Assembly: GCA_963783835.1 (NCBI GenBank)
Contig: CAWAOX010000011.1
Span: forward strand, 1,859-65,858
Length of the DNA: 64,000 nucleotides
Direction: 5' to 3'
Origin: an uncultured Actinomycetota bacterium
Lineage (GTDB): Bacteria > Actinomycetota > Thermoleophilia > RBG-16-64-13
In this document: piece after piece, positions 45,612-54,712 of the stretch
How the letters are laid out: every line of letters begins with the position of its first letter
How positions within the stretch are numbered: the first letter of the stretch is position 1
The notes under the pieces: model-generated
What the model was told of the DNA's origin: nothing
Seen by the model: the letters and a program-made list of their open reading frames with translations, nothing else
The model's database searches: none
Position numbers and translations under genes: made by a program

Positions 45612-48548
45612 TTGGATACCACGGAGCAATCAAGGAGCGACGCCTCGCGAGCAAGACGCAGTTTTATCCTGCGGGTCGTGCTGCCTGCCGTTTTGGCGGT
45701 GATCCTGTTCATCCTCGCGACGTTCCTCCTCTTGATCCCGGCCGTCGAGAGCCAGATGCTCGAGGGCAAGAAGGAGACGACACAGGAACTCACCCGGTCG
45801 GCCATCAGCATCATCGATGAGTACTACCGCGAAGAGGTAGCGGGGATCCGCACCCGAGAGCAGGCGCAGGCAGAGGCCAAGGTCCGGATCGAGCAACTCC
45901 GGTGGGGAGACGAGGGTAAGGACTACTTCTGGATAACCGACATGCACCCCACCATGATCATGCATCCCTACCTGCCCGAACTGGACGGACAGGACCTGAC
46001 CAACTACACGGACAAGGCCGGTAACGAATTGTTCGTGGAGATGGTCGACGTTGTGCAGAAGGACGGATCCGGATACGTCGAGTACTACTGGCAGTACAAG
46101 GATGACCCCAGCCAAATCGTCCGCAAGCTCTCCTACGTCGAGGCCTTCAGTCCCTGGCAGTGGGTGGTCGGGACCGGCATCTACCTGGACGACGTGGACG
46201 CAGCGATCGCAAGCGTGCAGCGCAACCTGATCTATGTCTCCCTGGGGATCGCCATTCTTGTCGCCTTACTCCTGCTCTACAGCGGACGCCAGAGCCTCAA
46301 GATCGAGAGAAGAAGGGCGGCCGCCGAGAAGGGCCTCCACGAGTCCAACGAGAAGTACCGGGCGCTTGTAGAGGCTGCTACCGAGGGTCTTCTCATGGCG
46401 TTGGGCGGGAAGGCGACATACGCCAACGCGCCCCTACTCGATATGCTTGGCTACACGGCGGACGAACTCACCGACGTCGACGTGAGTGACCTGTTCGTTC
46501 CTGAAGAGACCGACGAGAAGCCGATCGCGCTTCTAACGAGCGGCGCTCAAGAGGGAGTGCCGGAGAACTTCGAGGCCACCCTGAAGACGAAAGACGGCCG
46601 GCCGCTCGACGTGCTCGTCGCTACGACGCCCATCTCGCTCGGCGGTAGGAACGGATTCATCCTCATGGTGCGAAGCCTGACCGCCCAGAAGGCCCTCGAG
46701 GCCGCCGACAGCGGCCAACCGTTCAAGACGATGTCCGACGCCCTCAGCCTGGGCGTCTTCCGCAGCACCTGGGGCCGTAAGACCGCCCTCATGGAGGTCA
46801 ATCCTGCCATGCGCTCCATACTCGGCCTCCCCGTGACCGCCAATATGACGGGTGCCGACTGGCTGGACAGGATCATCGAACCCGAGCAGCGAAGCGCCCT
46901 GGTCGCCACTCTGGGCAGAGACAAGGCGGTGCAGAACTACCACTTGGGCCTCCGCCGCGAGGATGGTGGGCGGGCCGACGTCTCGCTGTTCGCGGTGCTG
47001 GTCGAGCGACAGGACGGCCAGCCGGCCTACGTTGACGGCATCCTCGAGGACATATCCAGGCAGCGGAAGAGCGAGGAGGAGCGGGAGGCGCTGATAGCCC
47101 AACTTCAGACGTCGCTCTTCTTCCTGCGCGAGCCTCTCACTCAGGCGGTTACCCCCGCCCTCTCCGTCGACATGAACGAGACGGTGGGACGGACCGCGGT
47201 GCTGATGAAGAAGAACCGGACGACGGCCTCATTTGTGACTGGCCCCGACGGAACCCTCATGGGTATCGCCACGGATCATGACTTCCGCGAGCGCGTCGTG
47301 AGCGAAGGTCTCGACCCGCAGAGCCCGGTGCGCGCCATCATGAGCGCTCCCGTGGCTTCCATTGCGACCGACGCGCCCATCTATGAAGCACTCCAGCGGA
47401 TGCAGGAGCGCGACGTCGACCACCTGGCCGTGCTCGACGCGTCGGGCAAGCTGCAGGGAGCCGTCCACCTTCGTGACCTCACCCGCTACCAGCAGTCCTC
47501 GTCGGTGATCATCACCGATTCGATTCGGCGGGGTCGCTCGGTCGGCGACATAGTGGAGGCTCACGACCGCCTGCCTGGGCTGGTCACGGCCGTCGTCGAT
47601 TCTGGCGCCGACACGAGATATGTGAACAGGATCGTCTCAAACGTCTCCGACGCGGTTGTGCAGAAGCTCATCGACATGGCGATCGAGAAACTCGGTCCGC
47701 CGCCGGTGCGGTTCGCCTTCCTGACCCTCGGGAGCGAAGGTCGTGAGGAGCAGACTCTCCTTACCGACCAGGACAACGCTCTTCTCTACGACGATCCCGA
47801 ACCCGAGAAGTCCAAAGAGGTGGCCGACTACTTCCTCTCGATGGGAACGCTGGTCTGCGATTGGCTCGACGAGGTCGGTTACGCCTACTGCGAAGGCGGC
47901 ATCATGGCAAAGAACCCGCGGTGGAACCTGCCGCGGGCCCTTTGGCGCCAGCAGTTCTCGCACTGGATCCACAACGCCGATCCGCAGGAACTCCTGGAGC
48001 TCAACATGGCGTTCGACTTCCGCTGCGTAAACGGCGAGCAGCAGTTTGCGCGCGACCTCCGGGCCTGGGTATTCGACCAGATGGAGGACTACCCGCTCTT
48101 CTTCCTGCACTTCGCCCAGAACGCGCTGCTCTACAAACCTCCGATCACGTTGCTCGGGAATATCCAGACGACGTCTTCCGGTGACGGGACGAAGGCTCTC
48201 AACCTCAAAGAGGCGTTGATGCCTATCGTCAACTTCTCGCGGCTCTACGCTCTGCGCCACCGGATCGATTCGACCAACACCCTCGACCGGTTGACCGAGC
48301 TTCGCGATAGAGGCGTGCTCAGCCGGGAATCGTATGACCAGATGTTCCCCGACTACGAAAGTCTCATGCGCATACGGCTCCGCCGGCAGGCGGTCGCTAT
48401 CGAGGAGGGTGGCTCGCCCACCAACCTCATCACGCCGGAGGAACTCACTTCGGCCGAAGAGGCGAGACTCAAGCGCCTGTTCTCGGTCTCTGCCGACCTC
48501 CGCAAGAAGATCAGCTACGACTTCCTGGGAGGCATCGCCGGATTCTAG
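45612..48548 (+). CDS. membrane sensor protein: TM - Cache-like - TM - PAS - PAS - CBS pair - DUF294 nucleotidyltransferase
   Basis: 978 aa. Cache-like block YFWITDMHPTMIMHPY ... YVEYYWQYK. PAS-like blocks lie around residues 245-485. The CBS pair spans residues 505-625. The NTase motif is LGSEGREEQTLLTDQDNAL (47730..47774). The TTG start lies 9 nt after the PHP gene. Confidence 0.85.
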   Translation: MDTTEQSRSDASRARRSFILRVVLPAVLAVILFILATFLLLIPAVESQMLEGKKETTQELTRSAISIIDEYYREEVAGIRTREQAQAEAKVRIEQLRWGDEGKDYFWITDMHPTMIMHPYLPELDGQDLTNYTDKAGNELFVEMVDVVQKDGSGYVEYYWQYKDDPSQIVRKLSYVEAFSPWQWVVGTGIYLDDVDAAIASVQRNLIYVSLGIAILVALLLLYSGRQSLKIERRRAAAEKGLHESNEKYRALVEAATEGLLMALGGKATYANAPLLDMLGYTADELTDVDVSDLFVPEETDEKPIALLTSGAQEGVPENFEATLKTKDGRPLDVLVATTPISLGGRNGFILMVRSLTAQKALEAADSGQPFKTMSDALSLGVFRSTWGRKTALMEVNPAMRSILGLPVTANMTGADWLDRIIEPEQRSALVATLGRDKAVQNYHLGLRREDGGRADVSLFAVLVERQDGQPAYVDGILEDISRQRKSEEEREALIAQLQTSLFFLREPLTQAVTPALSVDMNETVGRTAVLMKKNRTTASFVTGPDGTLMGIATDHDFRERVVSEGLDPQSPVRAIMSAPVASIATDAPIYEALQRMQERDVDHLAVLDASGKLQGAVHLRDLTRYQQSSSVIITDSIRRGRSVGDIVEAHDRLPGLVTAVVDSGADTRYVNRIVSNVSDAVVQKLIDMAIEKLGPPPVRFAFLTLGSEGREEQTLLTDQDNALLYDDPEPEKSKEVADYFLSMGTLVCDWLDEVGYAYCEGGIMAKNPRWNLPRALWRQQFSHWIHNADPQELLELNMAFDFRCVNGEQQFARDLRAWVFDQMEDYPLFFLHFAQNALLYKPPITLLGNIQTTSSGDGTKALNLKEALMPIVNFSRLYALRHRIDSTNTLDRLTELRDRGVLSRESYDQMFPDYESLMRIRLRRQAVAIEEGGSPTNLITPEELTSAEEARLKRLFSVSADLRKKISYDFLGGIAGF

Positions 48549-48573
48549 GGACGGAATCTATCGACGGTTCTCC

Positions 48574-48612
48574 GAGCGGCCGGCGCCCAAGCGCCGGCCG
48601 CTCGCTTTTGTT
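48574..48612 (+). terminator. intrinsic terminator after the sensor-NTase gene
   Basis: GAGCGGCCGGCGC-ccaa-GCGCCGGCCGCTC followed by GCTTTTGTT. Confidence 0.75.
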
Positions 48613-48678
48613 GCGCCGTTCTCAGCCGCGAATGCCCGATCGCCCTACTGCGCCAAGGCTTAGCTGCTCAATTGCCTC

Positions 48679-49533
48679 TTAGCCGGCCTGCGCGCGAACG
48701 CGCCGCCTGGCCCGCCACACCACGCCCTTTCGCGGCGCGAACAGGAAGGCGATGACAAAGATGCACGTGGCGATGAGCACCATCGAGCCGCTCGTTGAGA
48801 CACCCAGGTAGTAGCTCGCGTACAGCCCACCCACTGCCGGGATGACACCAAGCAGCGCCGACAGGGCCATCATGGTGGGAAGCCGGCGGGTGAGCAGATA
48901 GGCCGTCGCCGGAGGAGTGATGAGCATCGCGGCGACAAGAGCCACGCCGACCGTCTGCAGCGCCACCACGATGGTGACCGCAAGCATGAGGAACAACCCC
49001 GTGCGCAGGGCGTTTGTGTGTAGACCCAAGGTCTTGCCCAGGATAGGGTCGAACGACACCACGAGCAGTTGCTTGTACAGCAGCGCAATCGCCACCAGCA
49101 CGCCGAGGGCCAGCAGTCCGGTCAGCCAGAGATCGGCAGCAGTCACGCCGAGGACGTTGCCGAAAAGCACGTGGGTCAGGTCCACCGCGTACGTGTGCAT
49201 CGTGCTGATGAGCACCACTCCCAGGGCCAGTGCGGCCGCGAAGAATATCCCGATAGCGGTGTCTTCCTTGATGGTGCCCGCCCGGGACACGTAGCTGATT
49301 CCCACGGCGACCAGTACCGCGGCGACCAACGCTCCTGCAATGAGGTTGACTCCCAGTAGGTACGCCACCGCGACTCCGGGCAGGATCGCGTGGGCCAGGG
49401 CGTCCCCGAGAAAGGCCATGGAACGGAGGACGATGTAGCAGCCGATGACCGCGCAGACGACGCCCACAATCACGGAAGCGATCAAAGCCTTCTGCATGAA
49501 GCCGAAGGTGAAGGGCTCGGTGAGCCAGGTGAT
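48679..49533 (-). CDS. metal (Zn/Mn/Fe) ABC transporter permease, ABC-3 family
   Basis: Polytopic, with LTEPFTFGFMQKALIAS at the N-terminus. The start is set to GTG at 49533, overlapping the ATPase stop (GTGA). Confidence 0.9.
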   Translation of the reverse strand: MTWLTEPFTFGFMQKALIASVIVGVVCAVIGCYIVLRSMAFLGDALAHAILPGVAVAYLLGVNLIAGALVAAVLVAVGISYVSRAGTIKEDTAIGIFFAAALALGVVLISTMHTYAVDLTHVLFGNVLGVTAADLWLTGLLALGVLVAIALLYKQLLVVSFDPILGKTLGLHTNALRTGLFLMLAVTIVVALQTVGVALVAAMLITPPATAYLLTRRLPTMMALSALLGVIPAVGGLYASYYLGVSTSGSMVLIATCIFVIAFLFAPRKGVVWRARRRVRAQAG

Positions 49534-50318
49534 CACCGCGGCTCCCCCCGACCGCTGTCGATTCCGCCGCAGCACTGATCGACGACGACCATCCTGCCGT
49601 CGACGACCACCATCTGCCCTCCGAAAGCTGCCTGCAGATTCCGTTCGGTGAACACTTCTGCCGGGCTTCCGGCGGCGATGAGGCGTCCGCTCAGGAGGAC
49701 CACCTGGTCGAAGCGGTCGGCGGCCAGATCGAGATCATGAGTCGAGACCAGGACCGTCACGCCGAGTGGCCGCAGCCCCGCCAGCACATCGAGGGTCGCT
49801 TCGCGAGTCCCGAGGTCCACGCCGGTGAAGGGCTCGTCGAGGAGCAGCGCCTGCGGCTGCTGGGCCAACGCCCTCGCCAGGAAGACACGCTGTTGCTGGC
49901 CGCCGGAAAGCTCGCCGATGGAGCGGTGCCCGAGATCGCCGATCCCCAACTGCTCCATCGACTCGTGGATGACCTGGCGGTCCGACCGCGAAAGGCGTCT
50001 GAGCCATCTGCCGGGACCGTAGCGACCCATCGCGACGACGTCGAAGACTGTGACGGGGAAGCGCCAATCGACTTCCTCGCGCTGGGGCACATACGCGATG
50101 TCCCGATGCTCGCCGAGAGGCGTGCCCCCGATGAGCATCTCGCCGGCCGCGAGGGGTAGCAGACCCACCATGGCCTTGAAGAGGGTCGATTTGCCGGCTC
50201 CGTTGGGACCGACGATGGCCACCTGTGCGGCCCGGTCGACGGAGAGCGACACCGAGTCGAGGGCCGGCCGGGTGCCGTAGAAGACCGTTACGTCGCGAAA
50301 CTCGATGCGCTCGCTCAT
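49533..50318 (-). CDS. metal ABC transporter ATP-binding protein
   Basis: Walker A GPNGAGKST, signature LSGGQQQR and Walker B LLLDEP. The ATG at 50318 overlaps the upstream stop (ATGA). Confidence 0.92.
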   Translation of the reverse strand: MSERIEFRDVTVFYGTRPALDSVSLSVDRAAQVAIVGPNGAGKSTLFKAMVGLLPLAAGEMLIGGTPLGEHRDIAYVPQREEVDWRFPVTVFDVVAMGRYGPGRWLRRLSRSDRQVIHESMEQLGIGDLGHRSIGELSGGQQQRVFLARALAQQPQALLLDEPFTGVDLGTREATLDVLAGLRPLGVTVLVSTHDLDLAADRFDQVVLLSGRLIAAGSPAEVFTERNLQAAFGGQMVVVDGRMVVVDQCCGGIDSGRGEPR

Positions 50319-51226
50319 CGGAGCGCCTCGACGATGCGGTCCACGTTCCACCTCATCATGTCGAGATACGTCGGAGCGTTCTCGGCCAAGGAGTGAGTGT
50401 ACAGGTCGGTCACGACCTTCACGCCGGTCTCACGCGCCACCTGGCTCGCCAGATCGGGATTGCTGCCCGTCTCGAGGAAGATTGCGGGGGCGCCGCTCGC
50501 CCGGATGTCGTCGATCAGCGTACCGAGCGCCTGCGCGGACGGCGCGCCCTCCGCGTCTCCGGTGGGAAACACCGTCCCCACCACCTCGAAACCGTAGCGG
50601 TCGGCGAAGTGGCCGAAGCTCTCATGGTTCGTCACCAGCAGTCTGCGCGATGCGGGGATGGTCGCGACCCGGGCGGTCGTCCAGGAATCGAGGTCGCGCA
50701 GTTGCCGCTCGTAGGCGGCGGCGTTCGCCGCATACTCGCCGGCGCCCTCAGGGTCGATCGCCGTGAGACCCGCCCGAATATTCTCGACATAGGTGATCAC
50801 GTCCATCGGGTCCAGCCAGAAATGCGGGTCGGCGTTCTCACCGGCCAACCCCTTCGCCGCGTCTATCACCGCCAGACTCCCGCCCCCAGCGCCGGCGATG
50901 AGTTTGTCGACCGGCGGCTCGAACCCCGGGCTGTTGATCACGATGGCCCGGGCTTTGGCCACCTTGGCTGCGTCCCGCGGCGTCGGGTCGAAACTGTGCG
51001 GATCGGTCCCCAGAGGCAGCAACGATTCCACCTTCACCCTGTCTCCGGCAACGTTCTGCGCTATGTCGGCTAGGTAGCTGGTCTCGGCCACGACGAACGG
51101 CGCCGAGGAGACCGGCTCGGACGTCGAAGGTCCCGAGGGCACGGAGCCGCCGCACGCGGAGACCACCGCGGCGGCCGCCAGAACAAGGACCATCACGAAA
51201 GTGTGTTTGATCGCGACAGCGTTCAT
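50315..51226 (-). CDS. metal ABC transporter substrate-binding lipoprotein (ZnuA/TroA/MntC family)
   Basis: Lipobox AVVSACGG is present, together with the DPHFWLDP motif. Confidence 0.9.
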   Translation of the reverse strand: MNAVAIKHTFVMVLVLAAAAVVSACGGSVPSGPSTSEPVSSAPFVVAETSYLADIAQNVAGDRVKVESLLPLGTDPHSFDPTPRDAAKVAKARAIVINSPGFEPPVDKLIAGAGGGSLAVIDAAKGLAGENADPHFWLDPMDVITYVENIRAGLTAIDPEGAGEYAANAAAYERQLRDLDSWTTARVATIPASRRLLVTNHESFGHFADRYGFEVVGTVFPTGDAEGAPSAQALGTLIDDIRASGAPAIFLETGSNPDLASQVARETGVKVVTDLYTHSLAENAPTYLDMMRWNVDRIVEALR

Positions 51227-51897
51227 AGCCGCGCGCGTGCCACTCGTTCGAGAAGCGCCCGGTCCTTGATGACTACCTTGCGGCCCGTGGTCTCGACCGC
51301 CCCTGCTCGGGTGAGTTGCTTGAAGGCCCGGGATAGCGTTTCGGGCACCGTGCCCACCGTGGCCGCCAACTCGCCCCTGGAGATCCCGAGGTCGACGGTC
51401 ATGGTGGAGGACTTACCCTCCGGGGCAAGCGACAGCAGGTAGGCTGCCAGCCGCTCCGCGACTCCCTTGAGCGACAGATCCTCGATGAGTGAGGCGAACG
51501 ATCTCAGGCGGGCAGAGAGAGCCGCGAGCAGGCGGAGTGCGACCTCCGGCTGGCTGCGGATCAGTTCGATGAAGGCGTCACGCGGCATGTAGAACGTCTC
51601 CGTGGTCTCGAGAGTCTCGGCGCTGGCCGGAAAACTCTCGCCCGACAGCGCCGCCACTTCCCCCACCGGTTCTCCGGGTCCCATCACCATGAGCGTCTGC
51701 GCCCGTCCTTGAGAAGAGCTCTTGAACACCTTGACCCTCCCGTGGATGACCACGTGGAGCCCCCTGGCGGCGTCGCCCTGGAGGAAGATCGCCTGACCGG
51801 CGGCAAAAAGACGGAGACGGCCCCGGCGCACGACTTCGAGAACGGCTGCCTCGTCCACCCCGGAAAAGAGGCTCCCCTGCCGCAGGATCCCGATCAA
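51223..51897 (-). CDS. Crp/Fnr-family transcriptional regulator without Cys (HcpR-like candidate)
   Basis: A cNMP-binding-like beta-barrel is followed by the HTH ISRGELAATVGTVPETLSRAFKQL (E--SR recognition motif). The protein has no cysteine, so it is not an Fe-S FNR. Confidence 0.88.
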   Translation of the reverse strand: MIGILRQGSLFSGVDEAAVLEVVRRGRLRLFAAGQAIFLQGDAARGLHVVIHGRVKVFKSSSQGRAQTLMVMGPGEPVGEVAALSGESFPASAETLETTETFYMPRDAFIELIRSQPEVALRLLAALSARLRSFASLIEDLSLKGVAERLAAYLLSLAPEGKSSTMTVDLGISRGELAATVGTVPETLSRAFKQLTRAGAVETTGRKVVIKDRALLERVARARL

Positions 51898-51982
51898 TTC
51901 CTGCTGCAGCGTCGTCGCCGGACGTGCGCGATCCTGGTTCGTCTTGCCACCCCCGTTTGAGTCCCAAAAGAACAGCGGACTA

Positions 51983-51998
51983 CTTGACTTAGGTCAAG
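51983..51998 (+). promoter_or_regulatory. FNR/CRP-type palindrome CTTGAC-N4-GTCAAG in the divergent crp-like / hcp intergenic region
   Basis: Perfect 6-bp arms with a 4-nt spacer, followed about 17 nt later by TATGTT. It lies about 104 nt upstream of the hcp ATG. Confidence 0.55.
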
Positions 51999-52101
51999 GG
52001 AAGGTCCGAGCGACTATGTTAGCCTCTGAGTGGGAAAAAGAGCACGATGCTCGCCATCACGGGGATGGCGGAGCGTTCTGCGCGAGAAATGGAGGACGCT
52101 G

Positions 52102-53733
52102 ATGTTTTGTTATCAATGTGAGCAGACGTCGAAATCGACGGCCTGTACGGTGAGGGGCGTGTGCGGCAAGAACGACGACGTGTCCGCCATCCAGGATGCC
52201 CTGGTGTACGCCCTCAAGGGCCTGGCGCTCGTGGCCGAAAAGGCCGCGCCTGCAGGCGTGGTGCCGGCCGATACCTATCCGTTCCTAGAGGAGGGCCTCT
52301 TCACTACGCTGACCAACGTCAACTTCGATCCCGAAGCCTTGACCGATTGGGTGCGGAAGACCGTGGACCGGCGGGAGAAGATCAAGACGGCTCTGGACGC
52401 CAAGCAGCCCGGCGTGACCTTCCCGGAGGGGCCGGCCACCTTTGTCGCCGGCTATACCTCGGCCGATGTCGCCGAGCAGGGCCGGGCGCACGACGTCAAC
52501 ATCGAAGCATCGACTGACGAGAACGTCCGCTCGCTGCAGCACACCGTCCTCTACGGCCTCAAGGGAGTGGCCGCGTACGCCCATCACGCTCACGAGCTCG
52601 GCTACCGTGACGAAGCCGTCGACGCCTATCACGTCGAGGCGATGGCCGACCTCGCTCGCTACGACGAGGGCGACCTGAACGATTGGCTCGGCAAAGCGAT
52701 GCGCTGTGGCGAGATGAACTACAAGACGATGGAACTGCTCGACCGGGCGAACACCGAGACCTTCGGAATACCGGTACCGACCGAGGTGCCGCTGGGCGTC
52801 AAGGCCGGCAAGGCCATCCTGGTCTCCGGACACGACCTCCTCGACCTCCAGGAGCTGCTCAAGCAGACCGAAGGCAAGGGCATAACGGTCTACACCCACG
52901 GCGAGATGTTGCCGACACACGCCTATCCGAAGCTCAAGCAGTACCCGCACCTCTACGGCAACTTCGGCACCGCCTGGCACAACCAGATCAAGGAGTTCCC
53001 CAAGTTCCCGGGCGCCATCCTGATGACCACCAACTGCATCCGAGAGCCGCAGGATTCCTACTTCGACAGCATCTTCACGCGGTCCACCGTCGGCTGGCCG
53101 GGAGTCACCCACCTCGACGGCCGCGACTTCACCGCCGTCATCGAGAAGGCTCTCGAGATGCCGGGCTTCCCCGAGGACGTCCCCGGCAAGACCGTGCATG
53201 TGGGCTTCATGCGGAACGCCGTTCTCTCCCACGCCGAAAAGATCATCGAGCTCGTCAAAGCCGGCAAGATCCGCCACTTCTTCCTGGTCGGCGGGTGTGA
53301 CGGCGCCAAGCCGGGCCGCAACTACTACACCGAGTTCGTGGAAAAATCGCCGGACGACACGATCATCCTGACCCTGGCCTGCGGCCGCTACCGCTTCTAC
53401 GACATGGACCTGGGTTCGATCGACGGCATACCGCGCCTGCTCGACATGGGTCAGTGTAACGACGCCTATTCGGCCATCCAGGTCGCGCTGGCCTTGGCCG
53501 ACGCGTTCCAGGTGGGAGTCAACGACCTGCCCCTCACCCTGGTCCTGTCCTGGTACGAGCAGAAAGCCGCGGCCATCCTGCTGACCCTGCTCTACCTGGG
53601 TCTGAAGGACATCCGGCTTGGCCCCACGCTGCCGGCCTTCCTCACTCCGGACGTGGCCAAGTACATCGTCGACACCTACAACCTGCAGCCCATCACCACG
53701 GCGGACGAAGACCTGGCGGCGATGCTCGCGTAG
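52102..53733 (+). CDS. hcp: hydroxylamine reductase / hybrid-cluster protein
   Basis: N-terminal Cys motif MFCYQCEQT ... ACTVRGVCGK, and 543 aa in length. The ATG at 52102 follows GGAGGA; the track start at 52030 is an upstream GTG. Confidence 0.96.
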   Translation: MFCYQCEQTSKSTACTVRGVCGKNDDVSAIQDALVYALKGLALVAEKAAPAGVVPADTYPFLEEGLFTTLTNVNFDPEALTDWVRKTVDRREKIKTALDAKQPGVTFPEGPATFVAGYTSADVAEQGRAHDVNIEASTDENVRSLQHTVLYGLKGVAAYAHHAHELGYRDEAVDAYHVEAMADLARYDEGDLNDWLGKAMRCGEMNYKTMELLDRANTETFGIPVPTEVPLGVKAGKAILVSGHDLLDLQELLKQTEGKGITVYTHGEMLPTHAYPKLKQYPHLYGNFGTAWHNQIKEFPKFPGAILMTTNCIREPQDSYFDSIFTRSTVGWPGVTHLDGRDFTAVIEKALEMPGFPEDVPGKTVHVGFMRNAVLSHAEKIIELVKAGKIRHFFLVGGCDGAKPGRNYYTEFVEKSPDDTIILTLACGRYRFYDMDLGSIDGIPRLLDMGQCNDAYSAIQVALALADAFQVGVNDLPLTLVLSWYEQKAAAILLTLLYLGLKDIRLGPTLPAFLTPDVAKYIVDTYNLQPITTADEDLAAMLA

Positions 53734-53771
53734 CACGGCCGGGCGCGGAAGCCGCGCGCAGAGGATATCCA

Positions 53772-53804
53772 GCCGCCGGAGGGCGCCCCGCGCCCTCCGG
53801 CGGC
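53772..53804. terminator. GC-rich hairpin between convergent hcp and hisG (no U tract)
   Basis: GCCGCCGGAGGGCGC-ccc-GCGCCCTCCGGCGGC has 15-bp arms. A terminator function is assumed from position only. Confidence 0.4.
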
Positions 53805-53805
53805 G

Positions 53806-54675
53806 CTACATCACGATCTTGTTGAGAGGATACTCGACGATACCCTGCGCGCCGGCCTCTTTCAGGCGCGGGATGATGACGCGCACTGTGGACTCGTCGA
53901 TGATGGTGTTGACCGCCAGCCAATCCTCATCGCTGAGGGTGGAGATGGTCGGCTTCAGGAGGGCCGGGAGCACGTCCAGGACGGCCGCCAGGTCCGCCCT
54001 GCGCACGTTCAGCATCAGACCGACCTTGCCAAGGGCGGCGATGGCGCCCTGGAGCAGCATGGTGATGTCCTCGAGCTTGCGCCTCTTGTCTGGGTCTTCC
54101 CAGGAATCGACGTTGGCGATCAGCTGGGTGTTGGACTCCAGGACCGTCTCGATGATGCGGAGCTTGTTGGCCCGCAAGGAACTCCCGGTCTCGGTGACCT
54201 CCACGATGGCGTCGGCCAACTCCGGCGGCTTCACCTCGGTCGCACCCCAACTGAACTCGACTTTGGCTTTCACCCCGTTCTCGGCCAAATACCTTTTGGT
54301 CGTGGCCACGAGTTCGGTGGCGATTATCTTGCCCTCCAGGTCCTGGACGGACCGGAACGGCGAGGCCTCGGGGACGGCCAGCACCCAGCGCACCTTGCCG
54401 AAACTCTGCTTGGCGTACACGAGGTCGCATACCGGCTGGACCACGGCATCGTTCTCCTGGACCCAGTCCAAACCGGTGATGCCGGCGTCGAGCAGACCGT
54501 TCTCCACGTACCGCGCCATCTCCTGCGCCCGGATGAGCACGCACTCCAGTTCGGGATCGTCGACCACCGGGAAGTACGACCGGCTGGAGGTAGTGACGTT
54601 GAAGCCGGCCCTCCGGAGCAGGTCGATGGTGGCGTTCTCGAGGCTGCCCTTGGGTATGCCGAGTTTCAGTATCAT
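53806..54675 (-). CDS. hisG: ATP phosphoribosyltransferase, long form
   Basis: [20 protein letters not shown] ... DLVATGSTL-like region ... C-terminal regulatory domain. 289 aa. Confidence 0.94.
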   Translation of the reverse strand: MILKLGIPKGSLENATIDLLRRAGFNVTTSSRSYFPVVDDPELECVLIRAQEMARYVENGLLDAGITGLDWVQENDAVVQPVCDLVYAKQSFGKVRWVLAVPEASPFRSVQDLEGKIIATELVATTKRYLAENGVKAKVEFSWGATEVKPPELADAIVEVTETGSSLRANKLRIIETVLESNTQLIANVDSWEDPDKRRKLEDITMLLQGAIAALGKVGLMLNVRRADLAAVLDVLPALLKPTISTLSDEDWLAVNTIIDESTVRVIIPRLKEAGAQGIVEYPLNKIVM

Positions 54676-54712
54676 CAGTCGCTCTCCGGATCGGTGGTCA
54701 GGCGCGAGGGGA

